A DNA stretch of 63,979 nt, filler included, from Pirum gemmata (lineage: Eukaryota): assembly GCA_002812295.1 (NCBI GenBank). It is 7 parts of 7 records of this genome, joined end to end, with 100 filler letters (N's around TTAATTAATTAA, not from the genome) between each part and the next. Parts side by side here need not be neighbours in the genome. Positions count along the whole stretch, not along the records: positions 19,321 to 28,865 come from PDIN01000064.1; positions 28,966 to 37,895 come from PDIN01000065.1; 5 more parts are not named here. One strand, given 5' to 3'. This document shows positions 24,294-37,895 of the stretch, piece after piece. The position numbers and the translations under genes were made by a program. Positions within the stretch are counted from its first letter, which is position 1. Each line of letters opens with the position of its first letter. The notes below the pieces were generated by a model. That model was not told the origin of the DNA. It did no database searches and saw only the letters and a program-made list of their open reading frames with translations.

Positions 24294-24372
24294 CCCTAAC
24301 CCTAACCCTAACCCTAACCCTAACCCTAACCCTAACCCTAACCCTACCCCTAACCCTAACCCTAACCCTAAC
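24294..24372. repeat. Interstitial telomere-type (CCCTAA)n tract
   Basis: About 13 near-perfect CCCTAA units. Degenerate tracts also occur at about 14050-14520, 21897-21945, 50800-50850 and 56690-56925. Confidence 0.9.
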
Positions 24373-25199
24373 ATGTATACACAAGTTAGAGCTACTACTT
24401 AATTAAAACTGCTTTATTATCGAAATCATATTACCCTTGTTTATTAATTAAAGTTCTATGGGCTAGTATAATATCGCTAGCACAGCATTATCCATTCGTT
24501 ACTATGATATAGATAAACGATCACCCATAGCAGAAATCCATCACCATCACCATCACCATCACCATCCATCACTTGGTATTCTGATCGTGGTTCCTATTAC
24601 TCACTGTTATTATTACGTATACTATTACTATTAATATTACTATTGCTATTACTATTAATTCTATTATAAAATTACTATATATATTACTATTACTGTTAGT
24701 CTTATTACTACTAATTACTATTATTATTAATTACTATAATATAATATAATATATTATATAATATATAACTAACTATTATTTTCCATTGCTATAATATTAA
24801 TCACTATATTCTATTATAAATTACTAGCACTGTATACTAGTATTTATACCATTAACATCACTTTCACTTTTACTATTACTATTGCTATCAACTTCACTAT
24901 GTTATATATTACTTTCAACATTAATACATTACATATTATATTGTTATTTTAAAACTTATTATCACATAATACATCATGATGTATTATTGACCAATTATTA
25001 TGTTATACATCATACTCACACTATTGCAATAAATGTTACTTTTACTATTACTATTTACCATTACTATTAATTATTAGCATTTTAAAAGATGTAATATTAA
25101 TATTATATTAGTATTACTATTAATCTATTTTTTCAAATGTTATTAAATATTACAGGAGGAATGACACTTGATCTCTTTTCCTTCACGGTCAGATGTCGC

Positions 25200-25360
25200 A
25201 GCTGATGCCGCCATAATATTATGAGCTCAAAAATCCAAAAAATCTCAAAATGCTCCAATTTTTTTAAAAAAAATTACTACCAAATTTTGAGAGATAATCT
25301 ATCTAAGAAAACTCTATTATGAACCAATGGCCAGTTTTTAAAAATAATTTGGCTAGTTAA
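25200..25360 (+). repeat. Dispersed repeat, second copy at about 63590-63730
   Basis: Shared tatgagctcaaaa(a)tccaaaaaa...ctaccaaattttga...tattatgaaccaatggc.agtttttaaa...atttggctagtt. Confidence 0.7.
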
Positions 25361-25581
25361 CAAGTAATATATTATGATTCTTGTACTGCTGTGATTGCGG
25401 GGGTGTATACACTCTATACACTCTATACACTAGAGTAGACCGCAGTCTGGACCACAGGTCAAGCTAGTAATACTAGTAGTCTATTGCCTAAAAGACATTG
25501 TCAAGTCAAGTGATTCCCCAGTTCTAGCTAGGGAATTGCCTACAGAGTCCTAAAGACTGTGTCCCCATCAAGTAAGTGGTT

Positions 25582-25645
<64 letters not shown>

Positions 25646-25673
25646 CCTTTTTTTTTTTTTTTTTTTTTTTTTN

Positions 25674-25850
25674 CAGTTGTTTTGTCATCATGGAATATAT
25701 AATAAATAGTACCAAATAAATACAATATAAATCCATTTTCTATATTTTGGTATATTTTATTATCTATTTATTGGTTTAAAAATGACAATTTAAATATTAT
25801 AACACTCCAAATAAATATTCAGAGTGACAAAATGAATGAAAAGCACGATA
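25674..25850. mobile_element. MITE family A copy (left end at an n junction)
   Basis: Family A internal sequence and right TIR GAAAAGCACGATA. Confidence 0.8.
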
Positions 25851-27589
25851 GACTAGTTTATCAAAAAAAAATTTTTTTAATTAAAAAAAATAAAGAAACA
25901 CTTATAAAAGTAGATTATTATTGGTGGATAGTATAGCTTTGGCCGAATCAATTTGGTGATTCGACCAATAATATAAATAATTTTTCACCAAAGAAATCAG
26001 TAAGAAATTACTAATAAGAGTCTAATAAGAATCTAATAAGACAAATTTTGATAATGTGAAATTGTGAATCAAATAAAATCAAGTAATAATGTTGTTAGAA
26101 ATTTTTTTTCCCATCGAAATCGGCCCAATAACAATCATTGCAATCAAGTAACGCTCTGTTGCTAAAGTGTTGCTAACTAGCTACTAGAGGTCTCACCCGT
26201 CTCGGCGAGGGCAAAGTGATACAAATTGTTAATTTCATGCAAAATTGGAAAATACTAACAAATTTAGAAATTTTAAGTGACTACATATTTGGCAAGTAGC
26301 TCCTTTTTTAGTAAATGCACCAATAAAGTTTGGATGAGCTAAGGTTATCACAGTGTTATCAGTGTTACTTTGCTGCAATTATTGCTATATGATATCACAT
26401 TGCAGCTACATTGCTCTACGTAGCTACGTTGCTACACATTGCTATCTCGGATAGCCGAACCGGTCGGATCGGGATTGGAAGGTCACCCGGCCGGGACGAG
26501 CGGAACGAAGCCATTGCTTTTGAAAAAAAAAAATCCGCCCGAGCACTTTGTATTTAGTAGTAGTAGTAGCCTATCGTAACTTGTAAACATTACCAATAAA
26601 TATGACCAATTATAGTAATCAAAATACTAAATATAGCATCATATTATTACTATATTATTATCATAAAGGAAAAGATCCTGAATCACATTATTTTTTTGAT
26701 TTTTTAAAAGTTGATCGAATAATATGAGTCGGGGTTTTCGGTTGGATTCGAATCGGATCGATAAAGGAAAAGATCCCTAATCATATCCTGCTATTATATA
26801 ATTTTGATTTTTTTTAAAAAAAGTTGGTCGAGTAATTTGAGTCGGGGTTTTCGGTCGGATTCGAGTATTTTAAAACTCAAATTACTCGACCAATTTTTTT
26901 TTTAAAAAAAAGCTCTCCAATAAGGGTATTATTAGCTACCTTACTGTATATGGAAATGTCGGATTTAACAAACGCTGGTAACCACTAGCTAGCTAGCTAG
27001 TAGTAGGGTTGGGGGTTGGGAAAAAGGACTATGGGTATTACCATCATGATATTATACAATACATCTACCTCCAAAATTAAATTTGTTGGAGACATCGTTG
27101 GAGGGTTTTATAAATCACTGGGCAGTAATCGATTATAAATATCATAATTATTATCCTATATATTATTATATTTTTTAAATCTTTTAATTAACTTCAAAAA
27201 GTAAAATAGGACAAGGCAACAATCTAAATTCTAATAATATATCATACCACAAGTGCTGACAAAAAAGCAAACAACTCACCTAAACTTCACCTAACTGCAA
27301 GTCCGTGTTGTTAGCAACTAGCTATGATAGCTAGTAGTAGTACAAGTGTGCAACCTGCAAAAAGGCAAAAACGACAGCAAAAACGACACTCTAGACTCTA
27401 GAGCTAGCCTGGAAACTCAAGAACAAAAATCAAATAGAACTACAAAAATTCTGTAAAATAAGTTTCTTTTTTATACGATATATCTGATATATATGATATC
27501 ATAAATTCATAATGGCATGATTTTTTTTTTTTTTTTTACATAGTCTAATATTCCTGGTCTAATATTCCTACTAGATATAGAGCCCTCTA

Positions 27590-27779
27590 GTGATTTTCAG
27601 TTGTTTTGTCATCATAAAGTATACAATATAATAAAGAGTACCAAATTAATACAATACGAATCCATTTAATTTAATTTGGTATATTTTATTACATATTTAT
27701 TTATTTAAAAGTATCAATTTAAATATTATAAACAGCCAAATAAATATTCGGAAGGACAAAATAAATGAAAAGCACAATA
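27590..27779. mobile_element. MITE family A copy
   Basis: Family A TIRs and internal sequence. Confidence 0.8.
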
Positions 27780-28530
27780 ATGATTAGATAATATTAATTG
27801 CTGATAATATTATGATAGGAATTTTATCACTATTTTTTTAGTGTTTTTTTTTATATCATATATCATAAAAATTATTTATACGATTACTATCAGTCTATCA
27901 GACTATCACACAGAACTATGACGTCTTCATGTCCAAAATGGCTAACTGTAGCTTGGTTCGAAAATATTTACCGTTAATTATATAGATGTAACTTGGTTCG
28001 AAAATATTTACCGTTAATTATATAGATTTGAATAATATTATATTATTTTCGAACACTTATATCTAAGATGTGGTGAATGATCGATATCCTAGGTGAATGA
28101 TCAAAAATCATAGAAAATTTTCGAACATATGTAATTAGAGCTAAATCCTGATTTTCAAGCTTTTCGAGTAATTAAAGTTGAGTTTGTCGATTTTTTTTTA
28201 AAAAATCGAGTGAGCTCTGAAGCTCGGGGTAACGTAACATCCTGACGTAACATTCGGGCAAGGAGTTCAAGAAAAAAAAAAACGAATGGCACAGCGGCAG
28301 CGGCCAGCCCAGGCAACCACCCAGCGGCGGCCCCCACTGGCCCCCCCAGCCACAACCAAGCAACCCACAAGTTCCGCTGCCAACCAGCCACAACCAACCA
28401 GCCACAACAGGGGCTTTATATAGTAGTACCATACTGCTTTGTAATTGCGGGTCTGGGGCAGGACTACACCCGCTGACTGCACCCGACTGCTTTGGTCTAT
28501 ATCCGGAGCTAGCTAGTAGCTACTAGCTAC

Positions 28531-28708
28531 TATCGTGCTTTTCAGTTATTTGTCGTCATAAAATATACAATAAATAGTGCCAAATTAATACAATATAAAT
28601 CCATTTAATTTAATTTGGTATATTTTGTAATATATTTATTTATTTAAAAGTATCAATTTAAATATGATAAACAACCAAATAAATATTCAGAGTGAGAAAA
28701 GCACAATA
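28531..28708. mobile_element. MITE family A copy
   Basis: TATCGTGCTTTTCAG ... GAAAAGCACAATA. Confidence 0.8.
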
Positions 28709-29019
28709 CGAGAGACCCTCTACTACTCTCTAGCTAGCTAGCGAGTAGTAGCACTCTAGCTAGCTAGAGCTAGACTCTACTACTAGCTAGCTAGTAAGTA
28801 CTATCATATAGGAGGGATGAGATGACGTCATCTTACCAATTGGATGCTCGGACCGGCGAACTTCCNNNNNNNNNNNNNNNNNNNNNNNNNNNNNNNNNNN
28901 NNNNNNNNNTTAATTAATTAANNNNNNNNNNNNNNNNNNNNNNNNNNNNNNNNNNNNNNNNNNNNTTATTATTATTATTATTATTATTTGTTATTATTAT
29001 TATTAATTATGATACATAG

Positions 29020-29738
29020 GGCTGGTTGTTAACTCGGAAATTATGGAAAAGTATAAAACCGAAATGGCCAAAATGCTGCCAAGGATTTTCTTGGGATTTA
29101 TGGTTACGTCATAAAAGTATCCGCCGTTCTCGGGAATGTATTATGCCTGATGTTTCCAGAACTTTCCATTTTGGAAAATCTGGTGCTAATGTTAATAACG
29201 AATATTTCTTTGGAATGTATTTTTTGTATCATAAAGTTTTTTAAAATTTTATTTATTGTTTTTGGTATTGAGTTTTGTTTTGTTTATTTGGTTTTGGTTT
29301 GGTTTGGTTTGGTTTTTGCCTGGTTTGGTTTAGTTTATTTGTATAATTTGTTTTTTTTTTTTTTGCTTGTTTGACAGGCATTTTGGTTTTTTCGAGGTAC
29401 TATTGTAGTTTTGGTTGTTTTTATTGCAAAATTTCGTGCGAATGTTAATATTTATTTATTTATTTGTTTATTTATTATATCATTCATTCATTTATATTTA
29501 TATTTATATATTTGTTATTGTATATAGGTAAATGATATACCGTATGTGAGATTGAATAATTTAGAGCAAATGAAAAAATGGAACTATGAACAAGAAATCT
29601 CAAAGTTATTCAAAAGTGGAACTTCTTTAAACACTACAAATGACCCCTGTAAAGTTAGTTATAAGCATTTCTTTCCTAACAACACTCAAGGTCATACGTT
29701 TATAATGTGGATGCAACAACGCGGGGATACTCCAAAAG
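29020..29738 (+). CDS. POMGNT1: GT13 glycosyltransferase, POMGNT1-like; three internal exons (29020-29216, 29378-29396, 29528-29738)
   Basis: GWLLTRKLWKSIKPKWP...WDLWLR...RRSRECIMPDVSRTFHFGKSGANVN, an in-frame 19-nt microexon, then VNDIPYVRLNNLEQMKKWNYEQEI...NDPC...PNNTQGHTF. The RECI.PDVSR..HFG..G.N motif and the C-terminal extension fit POMGNT1 better than MGAT1. Confidence 0.75.
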
Positions 29739-30541
29739 GTTATGTATTAATATTTATATTTATATGCAACCGTGACCAAAATAAGGAGAACCAGAACTAT
29801 ATATATATAGTTGTGTGGTTTTTGTGGTATTATCGTTGTGTTGGTGATAATAACAATAATAATAATCATAATAATAATGTATATGGTTCTGCTTTTTGTG
29901 GGTTTGTGGTTATGGCTCTGTGATTTTTGTGGTATTGTGATTTTGGCTTAGATTTTTGTTATTGTAATTGATCGCAATAATAACAGTAGCTCATCATCAA
30001 TTCTGAAAGTAGTAAAACAATATGAGCATATAGATGGGTAATCGAAATTGAAGTTTATTAAGAAAAAAAAAATTCTCAAAAAACTTTTTCTCAAATTTCT
30101 TGAAATTAATTGAAATTAAAAATCTGGTCTGAAGCGTGTGAAAAAATAATTAACGAAGAAAATTCCCGGGAAAAAACTTTTCTTAGGACAATTTACCCTT
30201 TATGAATAGAATTTATGTAGTTATTGAAGAAGAAAAAATACAATAGACTTGGATCTAACGAAAGGAATAATTGATTTCAAACAAAACAAAACTACAATAC
30301 CACAGGTTGGTAACCCAAAGTTTGTAACAATACCTGTTTCCCGCCAAAACTAGATACGGTAGATGGGTATTGTAATTTTTTATAGAACGAAAGGAATAAT
30401 TGTTAGAGATGTTAATCAACGTACGGGTAAGCAGTTATATCATTATTAGCATGAGAAATAGTAATAAGAAAATGAAATTCAAAAGATTTGGACAAGTCAA
30501 AACAACACAACCAATATATTCAAACACTCAAAACTAACTAC

Positions 30542-30577
<36 letters not shown>

Positions 30578-30653
30578 TTTTTATTTTAATAGAGGTCTAC
30601 CACCTTTCTATAACTACTATAATAATAATAATAATTTTTTATTCTATAACTAC

Positions 30654-30689
<36 letters not shown>

Positions 30690-30701
30690 TTTTTGTTTTA
30701 A

Positions 30702-33700
30702 TTAATCAAGACAGGGAAACTGAGTATCATCGCAATGAGATGCTGCCAACTCTGTGTTATTGTTTAGTAAATTATTTACATGCTCTTGAATCCAGTCAGA
30801 CATTTTAGTTTTAATTTTACTCTCAGAAATTGGCGTACCTTCTATATGAATAAATTTAGTATTTAAAAAGCCATGTTCATCATTATTCATTGAATATGAA
30901 CTTACTGATGGTAAACTTGTACGATAATATTTTAGTATTTTTTGTGCCTCTTTATGAAAATGACCGTGTCCCCAAGTTCCTTCTCCCAAGTAGTATTGTT
31001 TAAAAGCTCTTAAGAATTGACTGAGTGCTGCCCTGAATGGATTCCCAAAATTAGCTGCGCGGCCTGGATGACCAGCCTAATGTTTACAATAGTTAGTTTT
31101 AGTTTTGTTTGTGTTATAAATTTGTTTTGATGCAAATTATTAGTTGTTTATATTGTTTATATAGACATACTAAACGAACCTTATGAAGAACATCCGTAAT
31201 AAAGCTGGTCAAAAAAAAGCCGAATCGGCCTCTTTTTGAGAAATCGATTGTATCAACTAAGAGATATGTTTCATTCAAATACAGACCTTGAACTGTTGCC
31301 ATTTTTTTATTTAATGGTTCGCAACTTTTTATTATGAGTTTTCGTTCCCAAAATCGGACAGCTTCCTCTTGCTGAGAAATCAACTCTTTAAAAGCTTCAA
31401 TTACAGCCTAGCAAAATAATAATGATAATAAATCATTAATAATAATGATAATAATGATAATAATAATAGTAATAATAATAATAATAAAATAATAACAATA
31501 ATAATAACAATAATAACCTCGGGATACTTTTCTGAGTTCTTTTTATAAGTTTCCAAAGACTGTTTTAAAGTCTGTTTCTTCTCTTTTAATTTTGAAAAAG
31601 CAGAATCTTGTTTCATATAATCTGATACTGTCAAACAATCAAACGACTCACCCTCTTTCGTGTCTAGTATAATAATTTAATCAGTGAATTAGTATTGGTA
31701 TATAAATATTTTGATTTATCATTTGGATTAAGTTCAGTATTAATGTTGAATTACCAGCTCTTTTTATGTTAGCTGATATTCTGACGTCCATAACGCCATA
31801 ATCTCTTCCAGAATAACCAGCCAGAAGAGTTTTGTTAGGTTCTAAAGGCAAAATTTGTTCATTACTAAGTCTACTGGTATTCGTATTTCTAAATTGGTTT
31901 ATTCTTCGAGCTTGGTAACCTTGGAAAGAATAGTCCAATTGTCTTTCGAACCCTGATTCAAAAAGGTTAAAAAAAAGTTAGAAATAATAACAATAGATGT
32001 AGCACAAACAATATTAATGATCACCCTAACAAAACCAATCATGAAAGTTAATAAACTAACCGGACAAAACATCGACAGTAATTCCCAAAATCACGGCAAA
32101 CAGCCTTTGAATGGAATCACCTTGGGAGTTAATAAACGCAACTGTAGCATTTGTTTGTTTAAGTTGGTGAGCAAAGAGTTCTTTTACATCTAGTGTACCA
32201 TTTTTACATTGTTCTACAAAAACTTTGGGAACATATGTCTTAAATTCATTTTTTAAAATCGTACAACTACCCCAATGCTTGTTGATAACCTAGACACAAA
32301 AAAGGGGGTTAATACAATTGACATTCAGAAAAGAGTAGATTTGTGTGTTTCGTAGATTTGTGTGTTTCGTTATGAAACATATTTTTATCTATATTATATA
32401 ATATTACCTGTATGGCGGGTGCGCTCTTTACCTTTCTCTTTTCAGGTTTGGAATGAGAAACATTATAAAATCTTACTGGATCAGTGGCAAATTTTGAGAA
32501 ATCACCCTTAACGTGGGATGAAATATCGTGTCTTACTTTTCCTCTTCCATCAACGCTTGCTAAAGTATAGTATCCGGTATCCATTTCTCTCTCTTCGTTT
32601 TTCAGGAACGCGCCCATAAAACTATCCAACAGGATTAACGTATTTTCCCCTAGAATATGATAATGATATTATGTTATTTGTTAATGTTTATAATAATAAT
32701 CATGATCTTGATTATGATAATAATGATAATGATATTGATAGTGGTATTGATAATGATAATGATTTGATAATGTTTATGATAATAATCATGATCATGATCA
32801 TTATGATGATAATTATAATGATATTGATAATGATAAAGATTTTAAAGATATATTCACGTGTACATACCCGTTGCTGAAAGCATATCTTGTAATTTGGCAG
32901 CCCAGATATGTGCCCCTATGGATCCTGCTGATGTTCCGGAAATAACTAAAGACGTAGGCGACTTCAGTACTTTTTGATCCTGCATCCATTTTATTACCGA
33001 CAAAGTATTTTTGTAGCCTCGTCTGTTCTTCAACATTCCTTGATTACCGATTCCTGTTAAATGATCTAAATTACTTTCATTACCAATGAAGGTGTCACCC
33101 GAGCAGTAAGTTACCGTCACAACGGTCCAGTCTCTAAAAGGATTACCTGTATGCTTACTATTAAAGATCCCTTCTTTCCTATTCAATTCAATATTAACAC
33201 TAGCTGTGTTAAATCGATAATCTACATCCATTAGCTTCAGTATCGGGTTAACATCACTAACAACGCTTTCCCAGTCAGCTCCCCCGCCTTGGAAATAAAC
33301 AACCACTTTACTTTTGTTCACACCTTCCCCGGGCTTAACGTGAAATTGATATGGCGTTGCTTTTTGATGCTTACCTTTTATAGTATCATTGTATACTGCC
33401 AGGCACCCAGTGCCCGCACTTACTGGAGGTTGAATTAACATGTCTTCAGTAATATCTTCAAACTTGCATAGATTAGTAGTATTCATAATGCAAATAGTTT
33501 TGTTTGTTTTATGTACATCATCTTTATGATACGGGTTTGTTGTATTACCGTTAGTGTCTCTTCTATTTCTTGAAGTTGGCTTTTCTGTGTTTTCAATTTT
33601 AAAATTATCAATCATGTTTCTAACATACTTGTGTTTATTTTTGCTGTTAGCAAAATGCTTGAACAGATTAGGTAAGTCGTGGATTTTCATTTGTTTTATA

Positions 33701-34471
33701 GTTTTTACAGGATTTTGAACGAAGTCGTCTACCTCTCGTCTAGTTTTGTAGATAATCTTTGAATATAATAATTAAAAACATTAACCAAACTGCGGAATAA
33801 TATTAAGCTTTTAACTTGAAAAATGCAACGACAATGACTTTTTTATACTTATAAATAATTTAACTACAATAATAACAAAAACAATAATATTTTTTTATAC
33901 ATAATAATGATGAAAATTGTATTAATATATTTACCTTCTTGATGCTATCGAAATCTATCCCGTTTTCTATGGTATTATTACTACTAAGTGAGTCCATAAT
34001 GTCTGGTAAATAATCCAAAGCGACACACCCTAAAACACTAAAGGGATCATCCATCATAATTCCTGTAGGTTCGTGGGTCTCAGAGAAAGGACCATTATTA
34101 AAATTTCCTGCCACAATCTTTGTTATTTTCTCAATATCAATAGGTACATTGTAAAGCATACCACCTAAATTTAGAGCTACACTCATAGTACCTTTTTGTT
34201 TCCAAGTAGCAACTCCAGTGGTTATTGGGGGCAAGGCAATTAAATTTAAGTTATTGATGAAAAACCTATTATATTTAAGAAATATTATTATTAACAAGAA
34301 ACAATTATTACTAAACCACTACTTTGTCTTTAATTATTATCATTATTTATTATTATTATATTATTATTATATTGTTATTAATATTGTTAATATAGTATTA
34401 ATATTAATTACGCTACCTTTGTCTATCCTTTACTGTTAATATTATTATTATTATTATCATTATTAACAAAA

Positions 34472-34523
<52 letters not shown>

Positions 34524-35844
34524 CTACTGCGCTACCTTTGTCTATCCTTTACTGTTAAAATATTATTATTATTATTATTATCATTATTATATCTACTACG
34601 CTACCTTTGTCTATCCTTTACTGTTAGGGTGAATTTAACAGTAGCACTTCTGGAGCCATCATTATTAATATTATCAAAAGAGAAAGAGGGTAATGATAAT
34701 TGAGCCCAAGGGGACTTTTGGGACGGGTCTTCTTCTTCACCATAAAGGTCAATAGTTGTTGCTTGGACATGCCCTATTTAATATGTAAACAATACATTAT
34801 CAACATTGTTGTTGCTGTTATATACTAGAGCTTTTACTGTTGTATATTTATTGCAATTAATATAGAATAGAATGTTTATTTTATTACCTGAAACAAATGA
34901 AGGTATACCGTTAAACACTAATGTAAAATTCCCAACAACCATGTTAGGGTAGTAATCAGAACAAGAATTCAGTCCAACGCTTGTGATTAAATCTCTGACA
35001 GTTTGATCTTCTTGTGCTTGTTTGAATTCAATCTCATGAAAAAGAGTGTCTATATCACTTGGGAGTCCAAATAAGCAAAACGCAACGTCATAATATTTAC
35101 TGTTAAGAAAGTAATCCTTATCTATATAAATAAGTTATTTTTCGATTAGTATTACATTTCAATTTTTTTTTTATTATAAATTAATTAATTAATTAAAACT
35201 TAAATTTTAAAACTATTATTGCAATTTCAAAAAAAAACTTACCTAAAAATTGTGTATTGTTACATTTTTTGGCAATGTATGGTAACCATTTTTCGTAGTG
35301 CTCTTTTTCTACAGTTCCTTTTGCCGTCTGCCAGTTATTAACCTGAACATTATCAACTCGCAAGGCGGAAGTCCCAACTTCACTATTGATTACTGCTGGT
35401 ATAATGACTGAAAATATTAAAGGCAAAAAAATCAGTAGTATTAAACCAATCAAAGCCAAAGCAGATAGAATTATAAAAAGAGTTCGCGATATACCACCTG
35501 AAAAAAAAAAAATGTAAGCATTTTAAAAACTTTTCTACAACATAAATGGTTATAAAAAGAAAACCAAGAGTAATTATAATAACAAAATATTAATATTTTG
35601 ATAAATGATTATTGATTAAAATTTAATAAAATATTATATTAATTAATAAAAATATACTAATTTTAATTAATAAATTTAAAATTTAAATCATCATACCCCA
35701 GCAACATCTATTTCGTTGTGCAAATTTCTTATTAATCAAAGGCTCTTTCTCATAATTCTTTTTGTTTGTTGGCGCTAGGGTGTCAAAAGTACTATGTTTC
35801 TTATGAAAACGTTTTTTGTCACTATTATTATTTCTAGAATGCAT
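30702..35844 (-). CDS. Multi-exon type II membrane protein with a pectinacetylesterase/Notum-family alpha/beta-hydrolase domain
   Basis: Start MHSRNN (35844); a hydrophobic TM in exon 2 (ALIGLILLIFLPLIFSVIIPAVI); motifs VVVYFQGGGADW, NPFRDWTVVTVTYCSGD, GYKNTLSVIKW, ISGTSAGSIGA, LLDSFMG; late DEHGFL. GT-AG introns throughout. Confidence 0.8.
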
Positions 35845-36111
35845 CTTGATTAATTTGCAAATTACAATAATCAATTTAAATATATAATATAATAAAAATA
35901 AATAATAATAATAAAAAAAATAAAAATAATTTTTTATAATTATAATATTTATTACATTTTTTGCACTTTTATTTTTTTCTCTTTTTATATTGATTTTTTT
36001 AACTAATTATTTCTTTTCAGAAAAAAATAAATAAAAATACAATGATATTTTAATTAATATTTTTTTTCTTAATTTTTTTTTTTTTTTTTTTTTATTTTTT
36101 TTTTTTGTTAC

Positions 36112-36143
<32 letters not shown>

Positions 36144-36368
36144 ATCTGATTATTATTATTATTATTATTATCATTATTATCATTTTCGACTATTATTATC
36201 ATTAGCATTAGCATTATCATTATTATCATTACTATTATTATCATCGATCAATTATCATTATTACTATTATATAAAAAAAATAGTATAAAAAGAAAGCCAA
36301 AAAGATAAAAAAATCAAATTAAAATAAAACAACAACAGCAACAACAACAACAACAACAACAACAGCAG

Positions 36369-36450
<82 letters not shown>

Positions 36451-36585
36451 AACAGCAGCAAAAAAATAACTAAATACACTAACATATTTTTCAACATTTA
36501 TATTATAAAATTATATTCGCTTACAAAATTAATTAAAACCAGATACAACTTAACTACTAACTAACTAACTATCATAGTACTGAAG

Positions 36586-37895
36586 ATGGTGGTAATGTCA
36601 AGAGTTTTTCTGCTTTTTGGATTAGGACTCTGTGCAGGGCTGACGGTGGCTGCCCCTATCTCTGACCCTAAAGCTAGTGCAATGGGAAAGGCAATTGCTG
36701 TCGATATTGTGGCCCAAGGAGAAGCAAAACAACCGAAGTATGATGAGATTGTTACCAGGTTAGCGAAAGTCGATGTTAAGGGTAGTTATGATAACGATAA
36801 TGATAATGATTACAATGGAAACTACAATGGAAATAAGAATGGTAACCATAATGAAAATCATAATGGTAATGACAATGGTAACCATAATGAAAATCATAAT
36901 GGTAATGACAATGGTAATGATAATGACAATAACAATGGTAACAACAATGGTAACAACAATGGCAACAACAATGGTAACAACAATGATAATAACAATGGTA
37001 ATGGGAATGGTAATGGTAATGGTAATGGTAATTTCAATGGTAATGGTAACGTTAACGGTAATATCAATTACAATGCAAATGGAGGTTATAATAATGGTGG
37101 AAACTATAATTACAACAATATTAACAACGTTAACAATATTAATGGTCCAAAAAAATGCAATAAATCTACTGTGCAAGTGCGACAGGCAAGAGAAAATAGC
37201 GGTAATGATGTAAATGATAATTGGTATGATAATCATAATGGAAATTGGAATGGAAATAGGAATGGAAATTGGAATGGAAATAAAAATGGAAATTGGAATG
37301 GAAATTATAATGAAAACCATAACGGAAATGATAATGGTAATGACAACGACAACAATAACGGCAACAACAATGGTAATAATAACGGTAATAATAACGGTAA
37401 CAATAATAATAACAACAATGGTAATGGTAATGGTAATGGTAATGGTAATGGTAATGGTAATGGTAATGGTAATGGTAATGGTAATGTAAATGGCAATGCA
37501 AATGGTAACGGCAATTATAATGGAAATGGAGATCACAATTATGATAAAGCTAGCACTACTGGTCAAGTTAGAAAGGCAAGATCGAACGGAGGAAATGCAA
37601 ATGATAATTGGAATGATAATCATAATGGAAATTGGAATGGAAATCATAATGAAAATCATAACGGAAATGATAATGGTAATGACAACGACAACAATAACGG
37701 CAACGGAGATCACAACTATGATAAAGCTAGCACTACTGGTCAAGTTAGAAAGGCAAGATCGAACGGAGGAAATGAAAATGATAATTCGAATGATAATCAT
37801 TATGGAAATTGGAATGGAAATCATAATGAAAATCATAACGGAAATGATAATGGTAATGACAACGACAACAATAACGGCAACAACAATGGTAATAA
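36586..37895 (+). CDS. Secreted Asn/Gly-rich repeat preprotein (3' end truncated by linker)
   Basis: Signal peptide MVVMSRVFLLFGLGLCAGLTVA|AP; NGNx tetrapeptide modules; 177-nt repeat (37531, 37708); RQAR/RKAR sites between modules. Confidence 0.85.
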
